From the IMG/VR virus record IMGVR_UViG_3300036770_003016: DNA of 64,000 bases, one strand, 5' to 3'. Positions 1 through 9,798 of the stretch are shown piece after piece (the stretch's first letter is position 1; each line of letters begins with the position of its first letter). This DNA is from a virus. The position numbers were made by a program, and so were the translations under genes. The notes beneath the pieces are model-generated. The model was not told the DNA's origin, did no database searches, and was given only the letters and a program-made list of their open reading frames with translations.

Positions 1-9
1 TGTTGCCAT
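1..9 (-). CDS. gp22: 5' end of probable prohead core scaffold protein (truncated by window edge)
   Basis: ATG GCA ACA preceded by GGAG SD and a TATAAATA late promoter, directly downstream of gp21; identity from T4 synteny only. Confidence 0.55.
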
Positions 10-31
10 TAGGATTCTCCTTATGATTTCT

Positions 32-39
32 TATTTATA
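32..39 (-). promoter_or_regulatory. T4-type late promoter TATAAATA
   Basis: Exact consensus between the gp21 stop and the next SD/ATG. Confidence 0.8.
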
Positions 40-42
40 AAA

Positions 43-693
43 TTAAAGTTTTCTGAGGTAATTTTCAAACAGTTTTAGAGCAACTTCTTCGATTTGTTTC
101 TTAGAAGCTCTCTGAATAGTTTTCTTTGCACGGTCATGGTCTGCCTCTACAAATTTACCGTCAATTAACATCCATTCTTTATTTTCCATGATGCCGTTAA
201 CGAAAGCACCAGGTGCAGATGGATCAGCCACAATATCAGCAGCAGTTGCAAGTCTAAGGTCATCTTGTACCAAATTATAACCTTCTTTAGTTTGAACAAG
301 AGAACCTAGTGCTCTGGATGAAACACCTACACTTATGTCGTTCTCAATAAAGTTTCTGACAATTTGACCATATGGTGTTTCAAGAATAAGTGCTTTACCA
401 AAAAATGTATTACCATTTTCAGTAAGTGATAGAATTTTGTGTGAGACTCTTTCTAAATTGAGTGAAGGCGTATCTGGGTGACCAAGTTCACCTAATGCAC
501 GACCTTCTTTAATATACTCTTCGGTATATCTAGCAACCTCATTACGCAATGTATCCATTTTGTACATACGATTGTTCTTGTTGACTCTATCACCAACAAG
601 AAAAGTTCCTTCAATGTAAAGTTTTTTCTTACCGTCTTCTGTTTCTTCGGTAAGATATTTTACATTCTCTACTGTTTCTCTAATTAGTTTCAT
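43..693 (-). CDS. gp21: Prohead core scaffolding protease
   Basis: MKLIRE start, YIEG.F, NKNNRMY, ALGELGHP, GVSSRALGSL, DIVADPSAPGAFV motifs. Confidence 0.97.
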   Translation of the reverse strand: MKLIRETVENVKYLTEETEDGKKKLYIEGTFLVGDRVNKNNRMYKMDTLRNEVARYTEEYIKEGRALGELGHPDTPSLNLERVSHKILSLTENGNTFFGKALILETPYGQIVRNFIENDISVGVSSRALGSLVQTKEGYNLVQDDLRLATAADIVADPSAPGAFVNGIMENKEWMLIDGKFVEADHDRAKKTIQRASKKQIEEVALKLFENYLRKL

Positions 694-694
694 T

Positions 695-1060
695 TTACAT
701 TCCTGTTAGTGATGGGCTGTATGTTGCTGTTTTTGCCAATTGTATAATTAATGTTCCACCTGAACCAGAATTGGTAATATGAACATTTGATGTAGCACTA
801 TTAGCAAAAGAAATATCATATTCATAAAGAACAAAATGTGTCGTGTTCAATAATTCTAAGATCAATTCTCCACTAGTGTTATCGCCTCTGTATACTCTCC
901 AAACACCATCTGTTGTTGCAGAGACTTGTGCGATAGCAGCTTCAGTTACAGTTTCAGCTGGACTTGCTGCCAATTGTGAAAGTGTAATAGTAGTTGCAGT
1001 ATTACCTGTAACTCTAATTGTAGATTTAGCTCTAAGAGCATTTAAAATTTCGTATGCCAT
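695..1060 (-). CDS. Hypothetical beta-rich protein in head gene cluster
   Basis: 121-aa ORF tightly packed between gp68-like and gp21. Confidence 0.75.
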   Translation of the reverse strand: MAYEILNALRAKSTIRVTGNTATTITLSQLAASPAETVTEAAIAQVSATTDGVWRVYRGDNTSGELILELLNTTHFVLYEYDISFANSATSNVHITNSGSGGTLIIQLAKTATYSPSLTGM

Positions 1061-1061
1061 T

Positions 1062-1517
1062 TTACCTTAATCCTATCGAGGCTCTTCTACGCATTGACAT
1101 CTTTCTCTTCATTAATGTCCTGCGTATTTTTGCTCTCCGTGTTGTTTTCCATGATCGTTTTAACAGTCTTGCTTTTCTTAATCTTTCAATAGTAGGTATT
1201 CTTTTAATTGTATTACCTTTACCTGCTATTCTAAAACCTTTAATACTTGATCTTCTAGCATTTTTTTGTACAACAATTCTACCTTTAGCATTTCTACGAA
1301 TTCTTCTACGAATTCTTTGCACTCTACCCATCTTAACAATGTTTGGATTTCTTTTTGGTGCAGCTTCATCTATAATTTCAACTTCTTCAAATATATCAGC
1401 TGCAATATATTTTTTTGCTTCTGCTAATCTTTTTCTCAATATTTCATTTAGATGATTTCTAATATCATCTTTTGCTTCTTGTAATTTATTATTTAAAATA
1501 AAATCTATAAATTTCAT
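1062..1517 (-). CDS. gp68: Prohead core protein, gp68-like
   Basis: Acidic segment then very Arg/Lys-rich C-half ending MRRRASIGLR, like T4 gp68 (KRRKALGLS); between gp20 and gp21. Confidence 0.75.
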   Translation of the reverse strand: MKFIDFILNNKLQEAKDDIRNHLNEILRKRLAEAKKYIAADIFEEVEIIDEAAPKRNPNIVKMGRVQRIRRRIRRNAKGRIVVQKNARRSSIKGFRIAGKGNTIKRIPTIERLRKARLLKRSWKTTRRAKIRRTLMKRKMSMRRRASIGLR

Positions 1518-2362
1518 TTTTTAACTTTACTAAATGCAAAGTCTGCTGCTTTTGCCAAATGTGCAGGTGATTTATGAACCATATCTGCAAACTTCTTTTT
1601 GTTATCATCGTTCAATGCTTTATGAACTTGTGTAATTGCCGATGCAGTATAGTGATCAACTGATTGTGTTTGACCATTACCAAATTTAACACTTTGTTTT
1701 TGTTTAGCTGCAACTATTTTATGTAGTTGATCCATTACTGCTTCTTCTAACTCAACATTTTCTACACTTTCAGCCTGAACTGGTGCATCAAGATTTTTAT
1801 CTGTAGAATAAGGAACACTAAAATACTTATTAATTTTATCACTGTAGTATAATGCTATTCTTGTATCATTTGGAAATAATCTAATTGCTTTTCTTTTGAG
1901 AACTAAAACAAAAGGTGGTTCTATTTGAGATAGTGACTCATCTAGTTCTACTTTATGTAAAACTTCTACTTCTTCTTTTTGTTGTTCGTCTTCTTCTCTA
2001 CCATACTGTTCATCACCAATTTTAATTCTATGTGCTTTATATTTTTTACCTGACTTAGTTGTTTTATAATCAGAAGTATCTAGAATACTTTCTTCTAATT
2101 CTTCACGAACAGCACGGCGAGTTTGTTGAAATATTTGTTTGTTATTAGAAATTAAATCAACCATTTTATTAAAAAGATTTTGAAGAATCATTCTATCTGC
2201 ATTGTTGAATACAGGTCTATCTTCTTTCATTTTGTCAAGAATCTTATGAATTCTTTGTAACTGTGCTTTGTTTGCAAGCCCAGCACGAACAAGCATATCA
2301 AACTTTGCGTAGTCTGATTCTTCTTCTATAATTGGTTGTTTAAATTCTGTTAATGATTTCAT
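1514..2362 (-). CDS. Probable internal head/core protein (start revised to MKSLTEFK at 2362)
   Basis: The longer ORF overlaps the upstream gene; several I/L-x-E motifs (LEE, LDE, IEE) resembling gp21 cleavage sites. Confidence 0.65.
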   Translation of the reverse strand: MKSLTEFKQPIIEEESDYAKFDMLVRAGLANKAQLQRIHKILDKMKEDRPVFNNADRMILQNLFNKMVDLISNNKQIFQQTRRAVREELEESILDTSDYKTTKSGKKYKAHRIKIGDEQYGREEDEQQKEEVEVLHKVELDESLSQIEPPFVLVLKRKAIRLFPNDTRIALYYSDKINKYFSVPYSTDKNLDAPVQAESVENVELEEAVMDQLHKIVAAKQKQSVKFGNGQTQSVDHYTASAITQVHKALNDDNKKKFADMVHKSPAHLAKAADFAFSKVKK

Positions 2363-2375
2363 GTTATTAATTCTA

Positions 2376-2774
2376 TTAAGGCATACGATCAAGGTCTCTG
2401 TGTAAACGACCTTGCATCTTATCCATTGCTTTTCCAAAACCAGCTAAATGTTTTTGTTTCTTTGCACCTTGTGGCATTGTTCTAGTTTTGTCAACTACTT
2501 TTCCAGCATAAGACTTTAAAGTTTCATTTGAAAGTTCATCAATCTGTTCTACTTCTTCTTGAGTAACAGTCTCTTCATCTTCAATAGGAGTATCAGCAGT
2601 ATCTTGTACTTCTACTTTTTCTTGACCGTTGTTGAATAATGTTGATGCAATTTCTTTTTTAAATGCATCTAATGATTCAAATGCTTTTGTTGAAAGAGCA
2701 TTATTAATTGATTCTTTAGCTGCAACATTGTCTCCTGCTGCTAACTGTTCAATAAAATCTTTAATTTGAGACAT
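2376..2774 (-). CDS. Acidic prohead core protein, gp67-like
   Basis: Immediately downstream of portal; acidic, EEVEQIDELS segment; AGGAG SD and late promoter upstream. Confidence 0.6.
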   Translation of the reverse strand: MSQIKDFIEQLAAGDNVAAKESINNALSTKAFESLDAFKKEIASTLFNNGQEKVEVQDTADTPIEDEETVTQEEVEQIDELSNETLKSYAGKVVDKTRTMPQGAKKQKHLAGFGKAMDKMQGRLHRDLDRMP

Positions 2775-2790
2775 GTTAAACTCCTTTAAA

Positions 2791-4440
2791 TTATTTTCTA
2801 TTTATATTAGTATACTTGTCAACTTGAGCATCTAATTCTGGTGTCATAGATTCTTGTTGTTGATCTTGTTCTGTTACATTATCTACTGGTGGTTGAGGTA
2901 TCATACCACCATTTTGTTGTTGTTGCATTTGTTCATATTGTTCAGCAGAGCCATCTTCTTGTATTTCTTTTTCCATCTCATCAACTTCTTCTTGTGTCAT
3001 ACGAAGAACATTCTTTTTAATCCATGTTTGTGAAAAATATTTACCAACAAATGGTTCTAACATGGTAAGTGTCTGTACTCTTTCACGAAGAAGTTCTGCT
3101 TCTCTTAACTCTGTAAAATTATTATCTTTCTTGAAGTCATAATAAATGTCTTCTTTAAATTGTTCCCATTCTTCTTTAGTACAAATGCCTTTTAAAACTA
3201 ATTGTGTTTTTAGAGCATTATCAAAAATCTGTGAGAACTTATTACGAAGTCTATTGATAAATTTGGCAAATTTTAATTCATCTCTAGTTACTTCTGTTGA
3301 TCTGCCAAGTGATGCAAAACCACCACCTTGTGTTTGATCCATTCTAGAATAAGGTACATTTAAAGACTGCAATAATTTTTTACGGAAGTAATCTACATCT
3401 TCTATTTGGCCAAGATTTTGACCTGCTGGAAGTGTAGTAATCTCTGTACCTTTACCACCTTCTCTTCGTGGCAACCAAAAATCTTCAAGCATTGACATGT
3501 GTTTACGATCATCACGCAACTCACCAGTATTGGCATCATATACCATCTTGTTACGATACTTGATCATAATATCACGAAGGTATTGTTCTGCTTTACCTTT
3601 TGGCAAATTACCTACATCAATATAGAACACACGGCGTTCTGGTGCTCTTGATAGTCTATAGATTACAACTGCATCCTCAATCATTCTTAATTGATTGAGT
3701 GGTTTGATGGCCTTGTGCAAATAAGAAATAACAAAAGTATTCTTTGCATCCATCAACCCAGAGTTCACATTGATAATTGAATCTGGTGCAATTCTTACAC
3801 CAGCATTTACTTGTGCGGTGTAAGTTTGTGTTGTTGTACCACGATCATTATAAACATAGTATTCTGCTATAGATTTAATTACCATAGCACCAGTTTTAGG
3901 ATCTTTTTCTTTTTGAATCTCACGAACTTTTCTGATCTTTCGTGGATCAATATATCTTAATTCTTGTATGCCTTCTTTTGGATTAGTATCATCAACTAGA
4001 ACATGATAGTATATTCTACCGTCAATGTACCATCTCTTGAAAAGATCATCTGCCAAATTATTGAAATTTAAAAGAGTTAAAATATTTTCAAACTCTTCTT
4101 CAATTTTCTTTTTAATTGTCTGTGGTTGTTTTAGTTTGTCCATGTTAATAGACACAACTTCACCTGATTCATCATGTGTTATAGATTCATTTACGATATC
4201 ATCAATGGCCTGTTCCAATTCTGGATGATTTGCCATCTCACGATAACGAGTGATCAATTCTAATTCATTACGAACTGCGCCTTCTAAATCTACATATGTG
4301 CCATAATAAGCGTTTTGAGTGATAGTAACTGCACCATCATCAAGTGCAGATGTTGGAAGTGCAAAAGTTTTTTGCTCAGGTGGTTGTTCCTGAACAACAT
4401 CTTTTTTGCCTATATTGAAACCAAAAAGCCGAATTGCCAT
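2791..4440 (-). CDS. gp20: Portal vertex protein (start revised to MAIRLFG at 4440)
   Basis: WYIDGRIYY, YRLSRAPERRVFYIDVGNLPK, EDFWLPRREGGKGTEITTLP, RDELKFAKFI; GGAG SD. Confidence 0.98.
   Translation of the reverse strand: MAIRLFGFNIGKKDVVQEQPPEQKTFALPTSALDDGAVTITQNAYYGTYVDLEGAVRNELELITRYREMANHPELEQAIDDIVNESITHDESGEVVSINMDKLKQPQTIKKKIEEEFENILTLLNFNNLADDLFKRWYIDGRIYYHVLVDDTNPKEGIQELRYIDPRKIRKVREIQKEKDPKTGAMVIKSIAEYYVYNDRGTTTQTYTAQVNAGVRIAPDSIINVNSGLMDAKNTFVISYLHKAIKPLNQLRMIEDAVVIYRLSRAPERRVFYIDVGNLPKGKAEQYLRDIMIKYRNKMVYDANTGELRDDRKHMSMLEDFWLPRREGGKGTEITTLPAGQNLGQIEDVDYFRKKLLQSLNVPYSRMDQTQGGGFASLGRSTEVTRDELKFAKFINRLRNKFSQIFDNALKTQLVLKGICTKEEWEQFKEDIYYDFKKDNNFTELREAELLRERVQTLTMLEPFVGKYFSQTWIKKNVLRMTQEEVDEMEKEIQEDGSAEQYEQMQQQQNGGMIPQPPVDNVTEQDQQQESMTPELDAQVDKYTNINRK
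2799..2806 (-). promoter_or_regulatory. Late promoter TATAAATA
   Basis: Exact consensus in the last codons of gp20, 24 nt upstream of the ATG at 2774. Confidence 0.7.
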
Positions 4441-5084
4441 CAGATGTATCTCCATTCTTTATTATTTTGCAATCTACACCATATCATCATATATGTATAA
4501 CCTTCAATTTGGCGTGAGGCTTCACTAATACTACCAAAAATACCAAATGGAGTTTCTATTTTTTTAGAATTATTGTTTTTACTACCAGATTGATTTACAT
4601 GAGGTCTTTTACCACGCATTTTTTGTTTGTGTTCTTCTGTTTTAAGAACACCTGTTAATTTTTCTTTTGCGGCTTGTGCAGCTAAAGGTTGAGTCCAAAA
4701 TCTAATATCATCTAAATGTTTTTTAACTTTTTGTTTGACTTCTGGTTTTTTATGGATTTGTTCCATTAATTTACCATGTTTTTCTTTATCAATAACAGTA
4801 TGTCCACCTTGTCCTTCTTCGTCACATAAATTTGCCCATTCTTTAGATTGTGTAACATTAAATTTTAAAGAATATTTTTTGGCAATTTCACGAAATTCTT
4901 TTTCATTTTCAGTTACAAAAAGACAAGTGGTTTTAACATTATTACCATGTTGCTTTAAATGTCTTTTCCAATATATTCCAGAACCAGTATATTTTTCACA
5001 TTCAGAAAATGAAGATGCAACATGTTTACACAAGTATTTCATACCTGTATCTACATGTTCTTTGACTAGTAAATATAATGCCAT
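4440..5084 (-). mobile_element. Free-standing Seg-like (GIY-YIG family) homing endonuclease gene with NUMOD-type DNA-binding tail
   Basis: LY...H..TG.KY.K...Y.GSG.YW..H...HG and WANL..E.G.GG N-terminal pattern; KTEEHKQKM (NUMOD3-like) and FGSISEASR HTH; inserted between gp19 and gp20. Confidence 0.75.
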
Positions 5085-5103
5085 ACGGTGTCTTTCATCC
5101 TAT

Positions 5104-5138
5104 AAAAAAATAATAGATGGGGTTACCCCCACCTATTA
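5104..5138 (-). terminator. Rho-independent terminator after gp19
   Basis: UAAUAGGUGGGG-GUAA-CCCCAUCUAUUA (12-bp stem with one G-U, GNRA loop) followed by U7. Confidence 0.85.
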
Positions 5139-5681
5139 CACTACACCAGTCTCTACAGATTCCCACCACTGATAAGACAGAGTTACAGAGAACTCTTCAA
5201 TTGTATCATTTGCACCCCAATCAACATCAATTGGAGTGATATCTGATGGGAATAGACCTATAAATTTATACTTCTTCAGAACATTACCAGCTTTACCAAA
5301 CTGAGTAACATCTCCATCAACACTATAACCTAATGGTGTTAATGCAATTGGACTTCTTACATTAGTACTATGAGTATTTAGGGCGTTCATCCATCTTTCA
5401 AAAGCGTTACGAATGATGAAGTCTTCGTCGTTAATAATTGTAATTGTCCAATCTACAAATGATCTATTACCTACAAACTTTAATTCTCTACCAAAGTATT
5501 GAACTGGCACAACACCAAGAGTTGATCCTGGTAGTTGTGCTGTCTTACACATGAATGTTAGTTTTTGTTGTGCGTTTCCTGGTAGTGAGAATACAGGAAA
5601 CGGCATGGATACTTCAAATAGATTGGGACGAGCTCCGTCTCCAGTCATTTGTGATCTAAATTCGTTTACTGAAAATGCCAT
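5136..5681 (-). CDS. gp19: Tail tube protein
   Basis: GARPNLFEV, CKTAQLPGS, GRELKF.G.R.F.DWTITIINDEDF.IR.AFE.W, IEEFSVTLSYQWW. Confidence 0.96.
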   Translation of the reverse strand: MAFSVNEFRSQMTGDGARPNLFEVSMPFPVFSLPGNAQQKLTFMCKTAQLPGSTLGVVPVQYFGRELKFVGNRSFVDWTITIINDEDFIIRNAFERWMNALNTHSTNVRSPIALTPLGYSVDGDVTQFGKAGNVLKKYKFIGLFPSDITPIDVDWGANDTIEEFSVTLSYQWWESVETGVV

Positions 5682-5701
5682 TTAATTATCTCCTGTTTTT
5701 C

Positions 5702-5709
5702 TATTTATT
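5702..5709 (-). promoter_or_regulatory. Late promoter variant AATAAATA for gp19
   Basis: Overlaps the gp18 stop, upstream of AGGAG SD. Confidence 0.6.
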
Positions 5710-7627
5710 AACCAAAACGACCAACTATTTCTTCAAATCTTACTCCAGTTCTTACTGCAATAAAGTTAAGTTGAATAAAGTTGATTGAACGAGCAGGTTT
5801 AATGTAAATGTCGCCAATAAATTCATTGCGATCAATTACTTCGGCTGTATTATTTGTTTCATCGCATACAACTCTGAAGTCACTAATACCACGGCGTCCT
5901 TGAACATCACGAAGATATGGTTCAACTAAGTTTACAAATTGTGCTCTTGTGAATTGATCATTAAATTCAAACAATGAAGAACGAGCAGCTCTTGCAATTG
6001 CTTTTTCAAGTACAATAAAGAGTCTACGAACATTGATACGATCAAATGCACTTGGTCTGGCAAGAAGAGTTTTGTCTCCAAATAACATTGTACCTTCGCC
6101 TGGGAAACTAACTACAGGATTAATACCTTTGACATATAAATCATCTCTTTCAGCTTTAGTTGGATTCCAAGAAAGTTTAATGATATTTTTAATTATGCCT
6201 CTATTTGAACCTGCAGGTGAATACCAAGGATCTCTTTCTAAGTCTGTTCTTGCACATAGACCTGCAATGTCAGCATTAAGTGGAACCCAACGATAAGTAT
6301 CATTGTACTTGTCGTACTGATATTTCCAACCAGAATCCATCACTGCAAATGAAGAAGATTTGTTTAATGTTGTATTACGGTATAATAATACATCAGTTGA
6401 TTCTGATCCGTAATTATCTACAACATCAGCTTTTAATGGTGATATAAATGCAACACAATCTTTGCGATCTTCTGCAATATCAATAATCTGAGATGCAACA
6501 GTATTTCCAGCAGGACCAGCAATAATTAGAGATATGTCTACAGAGTCAGGATTGGAAACTTGTGAGTATGAATTTGCTATATAATTTTCATTTACATCAC
6601 CATCTGCACCACCTCTAAGTGATACTGTAATTGCATCTTCTAATAAATTAAAATCTGTTGTGGCATTTTCGCCCCAATTCGTTGTAGGTAATGGGTGAGA
6701 TAACCACCAAACATATTTTGAACGATTATTTAAAACATCTTTGTAATAATTTGAAGTTCCATCTGGGTTTTTAGCATCAGCTGCTTTAGATACAAATGCA
6801 AATCTTTCTAGTACAGCATTTGCTGTTCCACTAAATGAACCTCCTGTATCAACTACTACAATATGTAATTCATCGTTAGCACCACTTAAATTTGAAACAT
6901 AATCTGATGTAGCTGGTTCATCTGTGAATAAAGATGCATATGCCCAACCAGTAAATGTGTTTGAATCTGCCATCTCTATAGTAATAGAATTCCCTAAAAC
7001 ACCTGGATATTTTGCAGCAAATTCACCATAACTATTTGCGCCAGTTGTATGATTTAATTGATAATCAATTTCATTTTCAATTTGAATATTATCAAATCTC
7101 AATTCAATTAAACCTGATTGACCATTCGCACCTAAAGCAGCAGTTAAAGTAGCAGGACTTATTGTGGGTATTTCAAAAAATGAACCGCCTTGTAAAACAG
7201 TAGCTGTATTAATAGTACCATTTGCATCAGTTGTAACTTGTATTACTGCATCAGATTCATTACCTAGCAATGTTATAGTGGTATTAACATTTGGTTCATA
7301 TAACACACCATTAACTTGAATAATTGCACTACCAATTGGATTTTTTGAAGTTGCATTATAAGAATCTGATGCGACTGAACGAACTACTTTGAGATTGTTT
7401 GAGTATGCTAGAAAATTTGCGGCTGAAAACCAGTATTCATAATTATCATTTGTAGGTTTACCAAATCTTTCGACTAAACGAATCTCGTCAGAAATAGTAA
7501 CTACTTCATTAGCTGGACCCCAAGCAAACTTCCCGGCAAATGCGCCAATAGAACTGGCAATTGAAGGCACAACTGTACTCAGATCAATTTCTGATACATT
7601 TACGCCAGCTGATAATTGAAATGCCAT
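5708..7627 (-). CDS. gp18: Tail sheath protein
   Basis: GVNVSEIDL, FAWGP, PWYSPAG..RG, FDRINVRRLF, FEFND.FTR, YIKPARSINFI.LNF. Confidence 0.98.
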   Translation of the reverse strand: MAFQLSAGVNVSEIDLSTVVPSIASSIGAFAGKFAWGPANEVVTISDEIRLVERFGKPTNDNYEYWFSAANFLAYSNNLKVVRSVASDSYNATSKNPIGSAIIQVNGVLYEPNVNTTITLLGNESDAVIQVTTDANGTINTATVLQGGSFFEIPTISPATLTAALGANGQSGLIELRFDNIQIENEIDYQLNHTTGANSYGEFAAKYPGVLGNSITIEMADSNTFTGWAYASLFTDEPATSDYVSNLSGANDELHIVVVDTGGSFSGTANAVLERFAFVSKAADAKNPDGTSNYYKDVLNNRSKYVWWLSHPLPTTNWGENATTDFNLLEDAITVSLRGGADGDVNENYIANSYSQVSNPDSVDISLIIAGPAGNTVASQIIDIAEDRKDCVAFISPLKADVVDNYGSESTDVLLYRNTTLNKSSSFAVMDSGWKYQYDKYNDTYRWVPLNADIAGLCARTDLERDPWYSPAGSNRGIIKNIIKLSWNPTKAERDDLYVKGINPVVSFPGEGTMLFGDKTLLARPSAFDRINVRRLFIVLEKAIARAARSSLFEFNDQFTRAQFVNLVEPYLRDVQGRRGISDFRVVCDETNNTAEVIDRNEFIGDIYIKPARSINFIQLNFIAVRTGVRFEEIVGRFG

Positions 7628-7669
7628 GGATTTCTCCTTATATTGTTTGGATCAATTTTCTTTATTGTG

Positions 7670-7677
7670 TATTTAGT
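7670..7677 (-). promoter_or_regulatory. Late promoter variant ACTAAATA for gp18
   Basis: In the gp17-gp18 intergenic region upstream of AAGGAG SD; non-canonical first bases. Confidence 0.5.
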
Positions 7678-7681
7678 GTTT

Positions 7682-9376
7682 TTACAATCTAGACGATAAA
7701 TACCCTGGAGGCAAAGCAGTTTTCTCTTCTGCCATGTTGTAATTGCCCCAAACATCTCCACCTTCTATCATCAACTCTTCTTGTTGTCCATCATTTAAAA
7801 ATCCTATAGGTAACATCTCTTCTTCGATCTGTTTAATTTTTTCTTCGTAGATTGCTTGTCTTAAATTAACATCCGTTATTTCTTTGAAGTATGGATTGGT
7901 AGTTAACCATCCAAAAAGAACTAGACACATAACTAAATCGTCATGATAACCTTCGTCGGCCTCATATGAATCTCTTTTTTCAATAAATGTTGACATCTCT
8001 GATATCACATCAGAGTCAAAAACTAATAACTTTTTCTCTTCAATTAAAGATTTAAAGTTAAAACAACCTATGCGTTTTATCTTTCTATCTGTATGAACTC
8101 CAAGTCTTGTCTTACCTGCACCACCAAAACCACCAGTTATTTGTTGCCCTCTTGAAGTTTTTGATACAAAGAATATATTTTCATACTCATATTCGGTATA
8201 TAAAATGTGTGCGACTTGTTCAGACATATTTACTTCAAGTAAAACATAAGCCTGATTGTACTGCGATGCAACTTTATAAATGACAGATGGATATACGAGT
8301 GGAGCTATACTATTGTTTCTATATTTGGCAACCAATTTATATGGTATTTCTGTAACATCTATGACAACAAATGCAGAATAATCACCACCTACGCCTTGTG
8401 CGGTATCAACGACAAGAACATATGATCTAGGTTTAACTAAAACTTTACCATGTTGATCTTTTTGTCCTACAACAGGATACTCATATACATCAAGACCCTC
8501 ATCTTGTAATATTGGAGTGTTATACGACATTTGTTCAATTGCATCTGCACGAATAAGAGTAAGTGCAGAACCAAGAAACTTACATAGAACTTCTTGATTA
8601 TATTTTACTTCTCCAAGAACACCTCGTTGTTCTGCTGCCCATTTATCATCACGACCTGGAATTTCCCAATATGGAATGAACAAAGGAACAAAACCGTTTC
8701 TACCATTCTCTGCATCATTCCAAAACTTCCAAAAGTGATTGTAACCAAGAGGTGTAGAAGTAATTAGAATTTTTGTTGTCTTACCAGCAGAAACTACAGG
8801 GTAAACAGAAGTAAAGAACTGGTCTGCAATATTGTTTGGAATGATTGCAGCCTCGTCAATATACAGAAGGTTGACTGACTTGGAACGAATACCTGCCGCA
8901 GTAGTTGCAGCAGTAAATACTTTAGAACCATTCTCTAGTTCTATGTCTCCTTTGTTCCATGTCTTAATACCTTGTTGCATCCATATAGGTAAATTCTCAT
9001 ACATCAACTGATAACGAGAAAGAATTTCTCTGGCTGTTTTGTCTTTGTTTGCTAGAATCGCAACATTCTTATCTGCTTGAAACAAAGTATACCATAAAAT
9101 ATATGCAGCAGATGTTGTAGTTTTTCCTGCCTGACGAGATTCCATAATGATAACTCTACGGTTATCATGAATGGTTTTTATTTTTTTCTTTTGACAATCG
9201 TAGAGTTTGAACTGTTGTATACCGTGATCAAGTGTAACGATGTAACAGTAGTTATCAATAAAGTAAATAGGATCTTCAGAACACTTTTGGTATTCTATAA
9301 TTTGTTCTTCACTAAATGATATTGGAATACCAACTTTTTTAAGGTTGGCATTTCCTAAGTAACTTGTATCAGACAT
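7682..9376 (-). CDS. gp17: Terminase large subunit
   Basis: Walker A SRQAGKTT, Walker B LLYIDEAA, ITSTP motif III, nuclease VDTAQG.G.DYS and HDDLVM; no intein evident. Confidence 0.98.
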   Translation of the reverse strand: MSDTSYLGNANLKKVGIPISFSEEQIIEYQKCSEDPIYFIDNYCYIVTLDHGIQQFKLYDCQKKKIKTIHDNRRVIIMESRQAGKTTTSAAYILWYTLFQADKNVAILANKDKTAREILSRYQLMYENLPIWMQQGIKTWNKGDIELENGSKVFTAATTAAGIRSKSVNLLYIDEAAIIPNNIADQFFTSVYPVVSAGKTTKILITSTPLGYNHFWKFWNDAENGRNGFVPLFIPYWEIPGRDDKWAAEQRGVLGEVKYNQEVLCKFLGSALTLIRADAIEQMSYNTPILQDEGLDVYEYPVVGQKDQHGKVLVKPRSYVLVVDTAQGVGGDYSAFVVIDVTEIPYKLVAKYRNNSIAPLVYPSVIYKVASQYNQAYVLLEVNMSEQVAHILYTEYEYENIFFVSKTSRGQQITGGFGGAGKTRLGVHTDRKIKRIGCFNFKSLIEEKKLLVFDSDVISEMSTFIEKRDSYEADEGYHDDLVMCLVLFGWLTTNPYFKEITDVNLRQAIYEEKIKQIEEEMLPIGFLNDGQQEELMIEGGDVWGNYNMAEEKTALPPGYLSSRL

Positions 9377-9798
9377 TATTTCTTAAGTAGTTTCATTAAC
9401 TCTGCTGTAGAACCAACAAATAAAGCTTTCTCAACATTTACATCTCCAGCTTTGTTTTGTGATGTTACCATCAAATCTTTTTTGCGTTTCTGTATCTCTA
9501 ACAAGTCTTTATTTAGATCAGACATATTCTTAATCAAAGTTGCCATAACTTCATATGCACGAGGATGTTGACTATCACGAGCAACAACTGCCAATTCATC
9601 TACAGCCTTACTTCCTTTTTGAAGTAAATCTTTAATGTTTTGTCTTGCAATCTCTGTGTCTGACTCTATAGGATTAGAAAACTCAATTGGAACAGTTTCT
9701 TTTTGTGGTTCTTGAACTTCTAAAGGAATAGGTTCTACATCAAATATTTCAGATAATTTTTCATTTGTTTTATGCATAATTTTCTTATTTTCTATCAT
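9376..9798 (-). CDS. gp16: Terminase small subunit
   Basis: HPRAYEV, LFVGSTAEL motifs; TAATG overlap with gp17 (alternative start 9777). Confidence 0.92.
   Translation of the reverse strand: MIENKKIMHKTNEKLSEIFDVEPIPLEVQEPQKETVPIEFSNPIESDTEIARQNIKDLLQKGSKAVDELAVVARDSQHPRAYEVMATLIKNMSDLNKDLLEIQKRKKDLMVTSQNKAGDVNVEKALFVGSTAELMKLLKK

Noticed and set aside
7682-9376. Intron or intein in terminase, portal or sheath
   Set aside because: ORFs are continuous with ordinary lengths and no intein motifs
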